The notes below the pieces were generated by a model. It was not told where the DNA came from and searched no databases. It saw nothing but the letters and a program-made list of their open reading frames with translations. From Actinomycetota bacterium (GTDB taxonomy: Bacteria > Actinomycetota > Thermoleophilia > Solirubrobacterales > 70-9): a stretch of 64,000 nt of DNA. Below, piece after piece: positions 27,970-37,583 of this stretch (the stretch's first letter is position 1; each line of letters begins with the position of its first letter). A program made the position numbers and the translations under genes. The DNA lies in contig JBKOYL010000008.1 of the NCBI GenBank assembly GCA_046725395.1, positions 3,920-67,919 of the forward strand. The letters run 5' to 3'.

Positions 27970-28815
27970 ATGAGCGACGAGTGGGCCTGGCTGATCACCG
28001 GCGCGTCGAGCGGCTTCGGGCTGGCCCTCGCCCAGGCTGCGCTCGAGCGCGGCGATCGCGTCGCGGCGACCGCCCGCCGGCCGGGCCCGATAAAGGGCCT
28101 GGAGGAGGTTGAGCGGATCGCCGTCATCCACCTGGACGTGACTGACGCCGAACAGCGCGAGGCCGCGGTCGAGGCAGCGATCGAGCGGTTCGGCCGGATC
28201 GACGTGCTGGTCAACAACGCGGGGCGCACCCAGGTCGGGGCGGTCGAGGAGACCACCGATCGGGAGTTGCGCGATCTCTTCGAGCTGCACTTCTTCGCGC
28301 CGGCCGCCCTCACCCGCGCCGTGCTGCCGCACATGCGCGAGCAGGGCGGCGGGGCGATCGTCCAGATGTCGAGCGTCGGGGGGCAGGTGACCGCCGCCGG
28401 CTTCAGTGCCTACTGCGCCACGAAGTTCGCGCTCGAGGGGCTGACCGAGACGCTGCGGGAGGAGGTAGCGCCGTTCGGGATCAAGGCGATGATCGTCGAG
28501 CCGGGTGCCTTCCGGACCGGGCTGTTTCGCAAGGACGCCGCGTGCTTCTCCTCCGAGATGGAGGAGTACGCGGCGACCGTCGGGCCGACGCGGGCGTACG
28601 TCCGAGACGAGCACCTCAAGCAGCCGGGTGATCCGGGGCTCGCCGCCCAGGCGATCCTCGCCGCGCTCGATTCCCGCGATCCGCCGCTGCGCCTGGTGCT
28701 GGGCTCGGACGCGATCGGCAACATTCGCGGGCGCTTCGAGCGCCTCCAGACGGAGCTCGACCGCTGGGAGGAGCTCGGCCGCGCGACCGCCATCGAGGAG
28801 GAGGCCGTCTCTTGA
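27970..28815 (+). CDS. Short-chain dehydrogenase/reductase (SDR)
   Basis: TGASSGFG cofactor motif, NNAG, and catalytic YCATK. Start set to ATG 27970. Confidence 0.85.
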   Translation: MSDEWAWLITGASSGFGLALAQAALERGDRVAATARRPGPIKGLEEVERIAVIHLDVTDAEQREAAVEAAIERFGRIDVLVNNAGRTQVGAVEETTDRELRDLFELHFFAPAALTRAVLPHMREQGGGAIVQMSSVGGQVTAAGFSAYCATKFALEGLTETLREEVAPFGIKAMIVEPGAFRTGLFRKDAACFSSEMEEYAATVGPTRAYVRDEHLKQPGDPGLAAQAILAALDSRDPPLRLVLGSDAIGNIRGRFERLQTELDRWEELGRATAIEEEAVS

Positions 28816-28830
28816 TCGGGAGGGGCCGGG

Positions 28831-30177
28831 CTAGCCTGCCTGGGCGTTGGCCCAGTCGGTGCGCACCACGCCGTTGCGGACCCGCTGCGGATGATCGCCC
28901 ACCTGGATGCGGGCGACCTCCATCTCCGAGTCATAGGAGATCGCGCTGAGGCTGTCGGTGCCGCTCCAGGAGACGAAGCAGTACCCGCCGTCCCGGCTGT
29001 TCGTCGACCAGTAGGGCTTCTCGCCGGCCTGGACCAGGCGGTAGTCGAAGCTGGAGCGGGAGACGATCGCGGCGTAGTCGTCCATCGTGCCCGCGACGCA
29101 GAGCTTCGTCCCGGCCGAGTTCATCGCGATCCCGTGGTGCGCGGAGTCGAGCACGTACTGCTCGCGGGGCATGTCGGGCACCAGGTTGGGCAGGTTGGCG
29201 ACCCGGGTGACCCGGTCCTGCGCGAAGTCGTACTCGACGAAGCCGTGGAAGAAGGAGACCTGGAAGTAGACCTTGCCCTCGTCGGGCGAGAGCGCCATCG
29301 GCCGGACCGCCGCGCTCATGTTCGGATAGCCGGCCTCGGCGAGCTTCTGCCCCATGTCGAGCGTCTTGATCACCTCATGGGTGCTCGTGTCGACGATCTC
29401 GAAGCGGCGGTCGCCCTTGGTGGAGTCGAACAGCGGCTCGTCGGCGGGCGTGTAGACGAGGCCGATGCTGGCGTGGAAGATCCGGCTCCCATCCTGCGAG
29501 TAGGTGTTCTCGTGAGGCGAATCCCCAGATGGGAACCTCCACGCCTCCTGACCGGTGGCGGTATCGAGGACGTGCACGACGTTCGCCGTCGAGTCGGAGA
29601 CCGCGACGTGGCGGCCGTCGGGGGAGAGTCCCATGTGATCCGACCGCTGACCGTCCATCACGAACCGCCACGCGATCTGGCCGGTGGCGAGGTCGAGGGA
29701 GACGACGTCCGCGAAGCTCGGGCGCGAGACGATCAGGTGGGTGCCGTCGTTGGTGCTGTACATGTCGTCGACGAACTGGTCATGCCCCTCCCCGATCGCC
29801 TCGCGAATCGCCAGGAAGTAGGCCAGGCGCACCGGGTTGGTGAGGATCTCCTGCATCCGCTGATCCCGATCCGGGACGATGTTGAGGCGGGCGATCCGCG
29901 TGAATCCGCCGGGGCTGGACTTCGAGGGCGGGGTGAAGCGGAGTACGTCGGCCGTGCCGTCCCAGTTGTTGCCGGCGAAGACCACCGGGGTTGTCGCCGA
30001 GACCTTCGGGCGCGAGGCCTTCAGCGCCGGGGCGTGGGAGCTCGACAGGCCGCTCAGCGCACAGGCGACCAGCGCCGCGATCGCGGTGGCCGCGACCCTT
30101 CGCTTGCTCGATTGAGCCGCACCCCTACGGCTGCTCAACGTCGAACCTCCCGTCACTGACGGCTGAACCGTAGTCAA
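28831..30177 (-). CDS. Secreted beta-propeller repeat protein (YVTN/YncE-like)
   Basis: TTG start, basic n-region plus hydrophobic signal (KRRVAATAIAALVACALSG). Recurring motifs such as LSPDGRHVAVSDS, YSQDGSRIFH, LSPDEGKVYF and MNSAGTKLCV are typical propeller blades. Confidence 0.6.
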   Translation of the reverse strand: MTTVQPSVTGGSTLSSRRGAAQSSKRRVAATAIAALVACALSGLSSSHAPALKASRPKVSATTPVVFAGNNWDGTADVLRFTPPSKSSPGGFTRIARLNIVPDRDQRMQEILTNPVRLAYFLAIREAIGEGHDQFVDDMYSTNDGTHLIVSRPSFADVVSLDLATGQIAWRFVMDGQRSDHMGLSPDGRHVAVSDSTANVVHVLDTATGQEAWRFPSGDSPHENTYSQDGSRIFHASIGLVYTPADEPLFDSTKGDRRFEIVDTSTHEVIKTLDMGQKLAEAGYPNMSAAVRPMALSPDEGKVYFQVSFFHGFVEYDFAQDRVTRVANLPNLVPDMPREQYVLDSAHHGIAMNSAGTKLCVAGTMDDYAAIVSRSSFDYRLVQAGEKPYWSTNSRDGGYCFVSWSGTDSLSAISYDSEMEVARIQVGDHPQRVRNGVVRTDWANAQAG

Positions 30178-30198
30178 CTGCGCGCGGAGGTGCGCCGG

Positions 30199-30780
30199 TT
30201 ACCAGCCTCGTGGGTTGCCGGCCGGAATCCGGTCGATCACCAGGGTCGCCTCGACGCGCTCCACCGGGTAGGGCGTCGTGGCCAGGTAGTGATCCAGCTC
30301 GCCGGGGCCGAGCGCCTCGAACCCCGTCTCGACCGCGTCGGCGTAGGTCCGCAGGATCACCGCGTCATCGGGGGGCTCGGGCGCGAAGTGGAACGCCTTG
30401 GCCTTGTAGGTGACGATCCGTTCGGGCAGGTCATCCCCGGCGACGGAGCCGGTCACCTCGACCCGGTCGTAGCGGATCTCGCGAATGTCGAGCCGATCGA
30501 GTTCGGCCTCGGTCAGCTCAATGACCACTCCGTTCACGGGCCCCGCCTCGTCCTCGACCTCCTCGATGTTGAGTCCGAGGATCCATTCCGGTCGCCAGCC
30601 GCCGTCGCACTCGAAGGTCTTCTCGCAGGTCAGGTTGTCGCGGCGCTGGGAGAAGCGCCGCCGCCAGTCGTGCAGGCGGGCCGGCCGCAGCTCTCGGACG
30701 CGGCGCCCGAGCGTCATCGAGGCGCTCTCCCGCAGCACGAGCGAGCCGTAGCCGAACAGGCCGAGTCGCGACTCGCTCAC
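30199..30780 (-). CDS. Gamma-glutamylcyclotransferase-like (GGCT/AIG2-like) family protein
   Basis: N-terminal LFGYGSLV motif and overall size. The GTG start overlaps the addA stop (GTGA). Confidence 0.55.
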   Translation of the reverse strand: MSESRLGLFGYGSLVLRESASMTLGRRVRELRPARLHDWRRRFSQRRDNLTCEKTFECDGGWRPEWILGLNIEEVEDEAGPVNGVVIELTEAELDRLDIREIRYDRVEVTGSVAGDDLPERIVTYKAKAFHFAPEPPDDAVILRTYADAVETGFEALGPGELDHYLATTPYPVERVEATLVIDRIPAGNPRGW

Positions 30781-33700
30781 GACCGCTCCAGCAGGCTGAG
30801 CTGCGGCTCGGCGGTCACCGCCCCCGCTTCCGGCTCGTCACGGGGCGAGGGCTCGATCGGCGGGTCGGGGTCGTCACGCATCTGCGCCGCCGTGTCGTGG
30901 CTGCAGAGCCGCTCGCGCGCCGGGCAGTCGGCGCAGAGCGCCTTGTGGGGACGATGGGTGACCTCGAAGCGACCAGCGCCGAGTCGATCGAGCACGGCCT
31001 CGATGCGCCCACGGGCTGCCTCGAGGTCGGCCTCGCCGAAGCTGCTCCGGACCGGCGACTCGGGTTGCTCGAGGAAGACGTAGGCGGTCCTTACCGGCGT
31101 TCCGCGCGCCGCGGCGGCGAGCGCGTAGAGGTCTCGCTGGACCGAATAGCGCTCGACGACGTCGGCCGGGTCGCGGGACTCGAGCCGGTCGGTCTTGTAG
31201 TCGACCACCAGCACCGAGCCGTCGGGGCGCTCGACGAGCAGGTCGATCGAGCCCCGGATCAGGGTTCCCCCGATCGAGATCACGAACGGCACCTCGGCGC
31301 TCACCCTCGCGTCGCCGATCTCCTCCCGCAGGTCGGATCCCAGGAATGCCCGCACGAGCCCGAGCGCTTGGCCGAGCGTCTCGCCGGCCCCCTCGAGGCC
31401 CTGCTCGCGCAGCGCCGCGGCGACTCGATCCTCATCCGGCTCCCGCCAGCGGTTTCGCGCGCTCCACTCGAGCAGGGAGTGGACGGCGAGGCCCGGGCCG
31501 AAGCGGCTGCGCACCTCGGGCGCCGCTCTCCCGTCGCCATCCGCGAGCGCCAGCTCAGGCTCGCGGATCCCCAGGACGCGCTCGACGTAGAAGCGGTAGC
31601 CGCAGTTCTCGAATCCCGAGAGCGCCGAGTAGGAGAGCCCGCCGATCAGGGCCGGGGGGACCTCCGGCCGGCGCAGGGGCGGCTCGGATCCGGCGGGGGC
31701 CTCCACCGGCGCCTCCCGACCGCGAGGAGCGAGGAGTTCGGCGCCCGTTCCCGGCCCGGGCGCGCTGACCCTCACCCGGAGGCGCCCCGTCGGGCACTCC
31801 GCACCCGCGGCCGGGATCTCGACGTCGCGCTCCTTGCAGTCTCCGTCCAGCAGCGAGCGGATCAGCTGCTGCGTGATCGGCTTGCGGCGGATCGGTTCCT
31901 CCTCGAGCTTCTTCGGGTTGAAAGTGCCGCTGAGCAGCAGGCGCCGCTTCGCGCGAGTGGCCGCGACGTACGCGAGGCGGGCCTCCTCCTCCGCCTCCCG
32001 CGCAGCCGCCAGGTCCGTGAGCTCCTGGTAATCCCCGAGCCGCTCGGAGGGTCGCCCGAGCCGGCCGAGCTGGACGCCGACCCGCATCGCCTCGCCGCCG
32101 TCCGGTCTGTCCTCTCCCGGGGCGACCCGAAGCGGCGTCCAGCCCAGCTGGAGGTTTCGCCCGAGGTCGCCGACGGCGACGATCTCGAACTCGAGGCCCT
32201 TGGCGGCGTGAACGGTCATCACCCGGACCCCCGAGTGGCCCTCGGCTCGAGTGGCCGCCTCGGACTCGCGGTCGCGCTGAGCCGCGCGCAGGTCGAGATA
32301 CTCGAGGAAGGCGGCGAGGTCCGGACCCTCCCGCGACTCGAACTCCCGTGCGAGGCGCATCAGCTTGCGGGCGTTCGACCACCGCTTCCTGCCCTCGGGC
32401 AGCATCAGGGCCGCGAGGTCGTAGCCGAAGGCCGATGCGACCCGGTCGACGAGCGCCTCGAGGCCGCCCTCGGTCCCACGCCGGCGCAGCTCGGTGAGGC
32501 TGCGCGCGAACACCCGCAGGCGCTCGAGTTCGTCCTCCGGGATCAGCTTCGCCGCCTCGGAATCGCCCTCGACGACCTCGCCCTGCTCGGCCAGGTCCCT
32601 GACCACCGGCCAGACGTGGCGGACGCTCTCCCGGCCGTCCTCCCGCTCCACGGTTGCCGCCCTGCGCAGGAGCCAGAGCGTGTCCGGGAGGACCGCGCAC
32701 GCCGGCGAGGCGAGGGCTCCGAACAGCGCCTCGTCGTCAAGCGGGTTCGCGACGACGGCGAGCAGGCAGCGGAGGTCCTCGATCTGCTGCTGGGACCAGA
32801 AGCCGCGTCCGCCGACGACGTAGGGATCGAGCCCCGCTTCCGTCAGCGCCCGCTCGAACGCGGCGACGTGCGTGAATGCGCGCAGGAGGACGACCATCTC
32901 CGCCGGGTCCTCGCCGGCGTCAGCGAGCCCCCGAAGTCGCGCCGCGAGCCGTCGGGCCTCGGCGACCTTCGGCGCCGGGCTCGGGTCATCGTCGACCATC
33001 GGCAGACCGGTCTCCCCGGCCTCCCATCCCTTGCGGTCGTCGGTCGTCAGGAGCAGCTCGGTGACCGGCCCGGAGGCCGGCTCGGCGCCAACGGCGGCGG
33101 AGAGCGGCTCGAAGCCGTCGAGCAGGCCGGCTCCGATCGCGTTGGTCAGCGCCAGGATCTCGGGCGCCGCCCTGAAGTTGCCCGTCAGCGGGAGCGCCAG
33201 CCGGCGCGCCTCCTCGCCCTCCGCGAAGCGCCGGTGCTCGCGCCGGTAGATCTCGACGTCGGCATGCCGGAAGCCGTAAATCGACTGGAACTCGTCGCCG
33301 ACGAGGAAGAGGCGCGTTTCGGGCCCGCGCAGCTGCTCGATCAGGCCGAGCTGAAGCCCATTCGTGTCCTGGAACTCGTCCACCATCAGATGGAGAAACT
33401 GCTCGCGATACCGCTCGCGGAGCGGTCCCGATGACTGCAGCAGGGCGACCGCCCGCAGCTGGAGATCCTCGAAGTCGAGCGCCGAGCGCTGAGCCTTGAG
33501 CTCCTCGTAGCGCAGCCCGAATCTCGAGATCAGCTCACGGAGCTGCTCATAGGCCGGGCCGAGCACGGAAGCGGCGACGGCCGCCCGGGTTCGCTTCAGG
33601 GTCTCCGTGTAGCGCTCGCACGCCGCGCCCCTGAAGTCGTCGGCCTTGGAGGTGATCGACAGGCCCTGGAGGACGCGCAGCAGCTCCTCGCCCGGCTCGG

Positions 33701-34409
33701 CTGACGGATCGAGCTCGGTGGCCTGTCCGATCCGATCGCGGCTGGAGGCGGACCTGCCGCTCGCGTCGGCGCACTCGCGGTGGGCCTCGCGCGCGACCTC
33801 CACGAGCTGGGTGAGCGCCTTCCGTGTGTCAGGGGGCGCGAGGGGCGGCAGCGCCGGCTCGGGATCGCCGTGGCTGCGCAGCTCGTCGTAGGCGCCGCGG
33901 GTCATCCCGAGCAGGGTTCGCGGGCGGTTCGCGGCCGCCAGCTCGAGGGCGTCGGCGCCGCCGCCCTCGACCATCTCCTCCAGCGCCGCCGCGAAGGCGC
34001 GCGCGGCCAGCCGGTCGGCCTCCGGTTCGTCCACGACGCGGAAGTGCGGGTCGATCCCGGCCGCGGCGGGATGCGAGGCGAGCAGCCGCCGGCAGAAGCC
34101 GTGGATGGTCGAGATCCAGGCGCGCTCGCTCGCCTCTGCCGCCTCCAGCAATGCCCCGCGCTCCTCGCCCTTTGCGGCGGCCGCGCGACGGCCGAGCTCC
34201 TCGCGCACGCGGCGGCGGAGCTGGTCCGCCGCGCGCTCGGTGAAGGTGAACGCCAGGATCCTCTCGACCCCCGAGTCCGGATCGAGCGCCGCGGCGCAGA
34301 AGCGGTCCACCAGGACCGTTGTCTTGCCGGTGCCCGCTCCGGCGCGCAGGAAGACATCGCGGTCGCGGCTGGCCGCGGCCTCGCCCTGTTGCGGGGTGCG
34401 CTCGCTCAC
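30777..34409 (-). CDS. addA: UvrD-type helicase / RecB-family nuclease subunit of a helicase-nuclease complex (AddA-like)
   Basis: Walker A GAGTGKT, motif II DEFQDTN, C-terminal nuclease IDLLV...VVDYKTD, plus Cys in FENCGYRF and LCADCPARERLC. Confidence 0.8.
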   Translation of the reverse strand: MSERTPQQGEAAASRDRDVFLRAGAGTGKTTVLVDRFCAAALDPDSGVERILAFTFTERAADQLRRRVREELGRRAAAAKGEERGALLEAAEASERAWISTIHGFCRRLLASHPAAAGIDPHFRVVDEPEADRLAARAFAAALEEMVEGGGADALELAAANRPRTLLGMTRGAYDELRSHGDPEPALPPLAPPDTRKALTQLVEVAREAHRECADASGRSASSRDRIGQATELDPSAEPGEELLRVLQGLSITSKADDFRGAACERYTETLKRTRAAVAASVLGPAYEQLRELISRFGLRYEELKAQRSALDFEDLQLRAVALLQSSGPLRERYREQFLHLMVDEFQDTNGLQLGLIEQLRGPETRLFLVGDEFQSIYGFRHADVEIYRREHRRFAEGEEARRLALPLTGNFRAAPEILALTNAIGAGLLDGFEPLSAAVGAEPASGPVTELLLTTDDRKGWEAGETGLPMVDDDPSPAPKVAEARRLAARLRGLADAGEDPAEMVVLLRAFTHVAAFERALTEAGLDPYVVGGRGFWSQQQIEDLRCLLAVVANPLDDEALFGALASPACAVLPDTLWLLRRAATVEREDGRESVRHVWPVVRDLAEQGEVVEGDSEAAKLIPEDELERLRVFARSLTELRRRGTEGGLEALVDRVASAFGYDLAALMLPEGRKRWSNARKLMRLAREFESREGPDLAAFLEYLDLRAAQRDRESEAATRAEGHSGVRVMTVHAAKGLEFEIVAVGDLGRNLQLGWTPLRVAPGEDRPDGGEAMRVGVQLGRLGRPSERLGDYQELTDLAAAREAEEEARLAYVAATRAKRRLLLSGTFNPKKLEEEPIRRKPITQQLIRSLLDGDCKERDVEIPAAGAECPTGRLRVRVSAPGPGTGAELLAPRGREAPVEAPAGSEPPLRRPEVPPALIGGLSYSALSGFENCGYRFYVERVLGIREPELALADGDGRAAPEVRSRFGPGLAVHSLLEWSARNRWREPDEDRVAAALREQGLEGAGETLGQALGLVRAFLGSDLREEIGDARVSAEVPFVISIGGTLIRGSIDLLVERPDGSVLVVDYKTDRLESRDPADVVERYSVQRDLYALAAAARGTPVRTAYVFLEQPESPVRSSFGEADLEAARGRIEAVLDRLGAGRFEVTHRPHKALCADCPARERLCSHDTAAQMRDDPDPPIEPSPRDEPEAGAVTAEPQLSLLERS

Positions 34410-37400
34410 TCTTCCTCTTCCTCCTTCGAGGGCTCTTCCTCGGGAAGGCCGCGCTCGCGCCGGCAGATCGGCTGGAAGTGGCAGTACGCGGGGCAGGAGC
34501 CGCCGATCGGGCGGCGGCCGATGTCGCCGCCCTGGATCGAGGCGATGATCCCCTCCGTCTTCTCACGTGCGGCCTCGAGGGCGGCGTCGAAGTCCTCGTC
34601 GGCGAGGTGGTCGTTCTGCCGCGGATGGAGTCCCTCGAGCTCCTCCTTGAGCGACTTGCGGAGGAGGCCCTTCGGCTTGCGGTCGTCCTCGCCACGGGCG
34701 CCGAGTGCGCGGTACACGCCGCCGGCCAGCTCGAGCCCCCAAAGCTCCCGTGCGGCGAGCAGATAGAGCTGGAGCTGGAGCTTGCCCCTGTCGAGCATCC
34801 CCCTGCCTCCGTCCACCTTCGCTCCCGACTTGTAGTCCTGGACGAGCGCCTCGCCCCCCGGGCCGCGATCGACCCGGTCGATCTGCCCGTGGACGGCGCC
34901 CGTCCCAATGGGCAGCGCGGGCTTCTCGGAGTCCGGGAAGCCGAAGCGCGCCTCGGCGAGCTCGGGAACGGGGACAAACGGCGTCGGCGTCTCGGCCTCG
35001 TCGGCGAGGAAGGCGAGAACCAGTCCCTGGACTCTGTGGAGCGCGGCCGCGGTGTCGGCCCGCTCCGGTGGCAGGAGCGCGGGACCGAAGGCCTCGGTGA
35101 GCTCGCGGGCGCGCTCTATCCAGGCGGGCAGGGTCGCGGGGGTGGGGCGGCCTTCGGGCGATGGGGGCTCGGCGTAGAGACCCTCGAGGATCTGGTGCGC
35201 GACCTGGCCGGCCGTGAGTGGCTCCTCCTCCGGACCGATCCGCCTCGGGCTGAGCTCGTGGTCGACGAACCACCGGTAGGGGCACTCGGCGTACCTCTCG
35301 AGCGTCGTCGAGCCGAAGACGGTCTGGTCCGCCATCCGCTCCAGCACGGGCTCGAGGCGCAGCGGCCCGGGCCGCCGCCGCTCGTCGGTGATGCGGTCGC
35401 GCGCGACGTTGAGGCGGGTGGCAATCGCAGCCCGGACGGGCTCGGTGGCCGACGCCTCGGCGCCGCTCGCCGCCTCTGCTCGTGCCAACTCGTCCTCGCA
35501 GGGGGCGTCGCCCGGCGTGAAGACCGAGTCGGCGAGACCTCGGCCCCGCGCCTCGCGGGCGAGCGCCTCGTCGCGCTCCTCGAGGTCGCTCGGTAGCGGC
35601 GGAGCGAGCAGCTCCCGGAGCTGGTCGACGAACGGCGAGCGTGCCGTCGCGCCGCCCTCGTCGTCGGCATTCCGCCAGGAGAGCCAAAGCCTCTCCTTCG
35701 GCCTGGTCACGCAGATCGAGAACAGGTAGCGGTCCTCGACCTCAGCCTGCTTGCGCGGCGGGAGGGCGAGCGCGGCGCGTGCGTCGTCGGAGAGGAGCGG
35801 CCCGCCGGTGTCGCGGCGGGGGAAGTCGCCGTCCTGCAGCGAGCAGGCGAACAGATGGGCGACCCGCCTGGCGCGGGCGCGGTAGGGGCTGATCACGCGG
35901 ACTCGTCCCTCTGTCGGGCCGCGCCACATCGGGACCTGAAGGCCGGTGACCGCCGCGATCGCGTCGGCGGGCGAGTGGGGGAGATCGAGCTCCGCGAGCT
36001 CGCCGAGCGCCGTCTCGATCTCGGCGGCGGCGCGCAGCTCGAGGGCCCTGTCGTCGCCCGCGACGGTGCCCCGATCTCGGATCGCGGACTCGGCGATCCA
36101 GCGGGCCTGCCGGCCGGCCTCGCGGAGGAGCTCCGGCCCCGAGCCCGCCTTGCGCAGCTTCTCGACCGGCGCCATTCCCCGGTTGCCGTTCTCGGCGTCG
36201 CCCACCCAGGCCTCGATCGCCTCGTCGGCCGTCCGCAGCCGCCCCTGCAGGACCGTCCGCTCGAACCAGTCGACGCGATTCGGCGAGGCCATGCCAGGGG
36301 TCCGCAGATAGGCGAGGAGGTCGCTCGCGCGGCGGCGGCCGACGGCAGCCTCGAGCAGCGCGATCAGCCCGGTCCCGGTGGCGGTCCTGGTCGTGGCGAG
36401 GTCTGCCTGCACGGCGACCGGGATCTCGAACCGCGACAGCACACGCCGGTACAGCGGTCCCGAGGAGGAGGGATCGCGAAGGACGATCGCGATCTCGCCA
36501 GCGGCCACGCCCTCGTGCAGAAGGCGGGCGACCGCGGCTCCGACCGCCTCGGCCTCGGCCAGCTCCCCGGCGGATGCCAGAAGCGCCAGCCCGCCGTCGT
36601 TCGCGATCGGCTCCGAGTCGAGGGTCGGCTCGCCGAAAAGGCGGGCGAGCTCGAAGAGTGTGCCGCTGCGGGTGAACTCCGGCCGCGCCTCCAGGGTCTC
36701 GATCGAGACGCCGCCGAGGTCCCGCAGCTCCGCGAACAGGGCGCCGCGGGCCTGGGTGAGGACCTCGCGATCCTCCCAGGGCAGCGCGACGGTGACGGGC
36801 GCCGTCCGCGCGAGCTCCCGGACCAACTCGAGCTGCTCGAGGGTGAGGTCGTCGAATCCGTAGAGGAGGACCGGGCGGCCTGCCCACGAGTCGGGGTTCG
36901 CCCGCAGCGCCGCGGTGGTCGCCGCGGCCAGCGAGTGGGAATCGTGGCGGCCGAGCTCGGCTCGGATCTCCGCGTAGGACTCGTACAGCGCCGCGATCTC
37001 GAGCTCGTAGGGACCGGCCTCGCGGGCCCGCTCGCGGAAGGTCGCCGGGTCGACCAGAGCCGTCTGCAGCTCAGAGATCAGCTCCTCCAGCGCGGCGGAG
37101 AAGCCGGGACGGGCCGCGGAGCGCGCCAGCAGCCTGAGGTTGGTGCGGGAGACGACCTCCCGCGACAGCCTCCGCCGCTGCGTCCGGCTCAGCGGCGCTC
37201 CCGCCGGGGCGTCCGCGGCGCGCGCCACCAGCCGGAAGAGCTGGTCGAAGGTGCCGACGCTTGCGCCGATCACGGCGTCGCCGCCGCGGGTGAGCTCGCT
37301 CTCGAAGCGCTCGACATCGTCGACCGTCGGGACGACGAGGAGCGGATTCCGCGCAGCGAGCGAGCGAAACTCCTCGAGCACGGCGCCCGTTCGGCCGGAG

Positions 37401-37432
37401 TTCGGCGGTCCGACGATCAGCTTCAGCGGCAT
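34406..37432 (-). CDS. addB: AddB-like helicase-nuclease subunit with 4-Cys (Fe-S type) RecB nuclease domain
   Basis: N-terminal P-loop-like GPPNSGRTG (Arg where Walker A has Lys). C-terminal ECPYRWF ... VQDYKSG ... GGSCPAYCHFQPIC. 4-nt overlap with addA. Start set to ATG 37432 (MPLKLIVG). Confidence 0.75.
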   Translation of the reverse strand: MPLKLIVGPPNSGRTGAVLEEFRSLAARNPLLVVPTVDDVERFESELTRGGDAVIGASVGTFDQLFRLVARAADAPAGAPLSRTQRRRLSREVVSRTNLRLLARSAARPGFSAALEELISELQTALVDPATFRERAREAGPYELEIAALYESYAEIRAELGRHDSHSLAAATTAALRANPDSWAGRPVLLYGFDDLTLEQLELVRELARTAPVTVALPWEDREVLTQARGALFAELRDLGGVSIETLEARPEFTRSGTLFELARLFGEPTLDSEPIANDGGLALLASAGELAEAEAVGAAVARLLHEGVAAGEIAIVLRDPSSSGPLYRRVLSRFEIPVAVQADLATTRTATGTGLIALLEAAVGRRRASDLLAYLRTPGMASPNRVDWFERTVLQGRLRTADEAIEAWVGDAENGNRGMAPVEKLRKAGSGPELLREAGRQARWIAESAIRDRGTVAGDDRALELRAAAEIETALGELAELDLPHSPADAIAAVTGLQVPMWRGPTEGRVRVISPYRARARRVAHLFACSLQDGDFPRRDTGGPLLSDDARAALALPPRKQAEVEDRYLFSICVTRPKERLWLSWRNADDEGGATARSPFVDQLRELLAPPLPSDLEERDEALAREARGRGLADSVFTPGDAPCEDELARAEAASGAEASATEPVRAAIATRLNVARDRITDERRRPGPLRLEPVLERMADQTVFGSTTLERYAECPYRWFVDHELSPRRIGPEEEPLTAGQVAHQILEGLYAEPPSPEGRPTPATLPAWIERARELTEAFGPALLPPERADTAAALHRVQGLVLAFLADEAETPTPFVPVPELAEARFGFPDSEKPALPIGTGAVHGQIDRVDRGPGGEALVQDYKSGAKVDGGRGMLDRGKLQLQLYLLAARELWGLELAGGVYRALGARGEDDRKPKGLLRKSLKEELEGLHPRQNDHLADEDFDAALEAAREKTEGIIASIQGGDIGRRPIGGSCPAYCHFQPICRRERGLPEEEPSKEEEEE

Positions 37433-37583
37433 CCCGAGCCAGCATAGGCCGGACGGAGGCGGCGATCCAAGGGCGGGATTCGGCGTGGTTTCACGCATAA
37501 CGCGCGGAAACCAGAGCCGGATTTTTTCCGCCGGGGGCGAGTCTAAGTTGGCCTCAGATCAGGAGTACAGGAGGCCCGCCGAG

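Noticed and set aside
27844-28614. Upstream extension of the FAD oxidoreductase ORF, and the 26965..27969 extension of the SDR ORF
   Set aside because: Each extension is antisense to the other real gene. The Rossmann-fold N-termini define the true starts at 27843 and 27970.
30897-33434. 845-aa + strand ORF (also 35855..37447 +, 33780..34766 + and 34319..35596 +)
   Set aside because: They are antisense to the addA/addB genes, which carry helicase and nuclease motifs. No motifs of their own, and the composition is Arg-rich.
37433-37583. Possible terminator or LexA-type site upstream of addB (GGTTTC-n14-GAAACC followed by a T6 run)
   Set aside because: The T-run is 9 nt away from the stem and lies in a divergent promoter region. 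There is no TCGAAC-n4-GTTCGA SOS box, so the support is insufficient.
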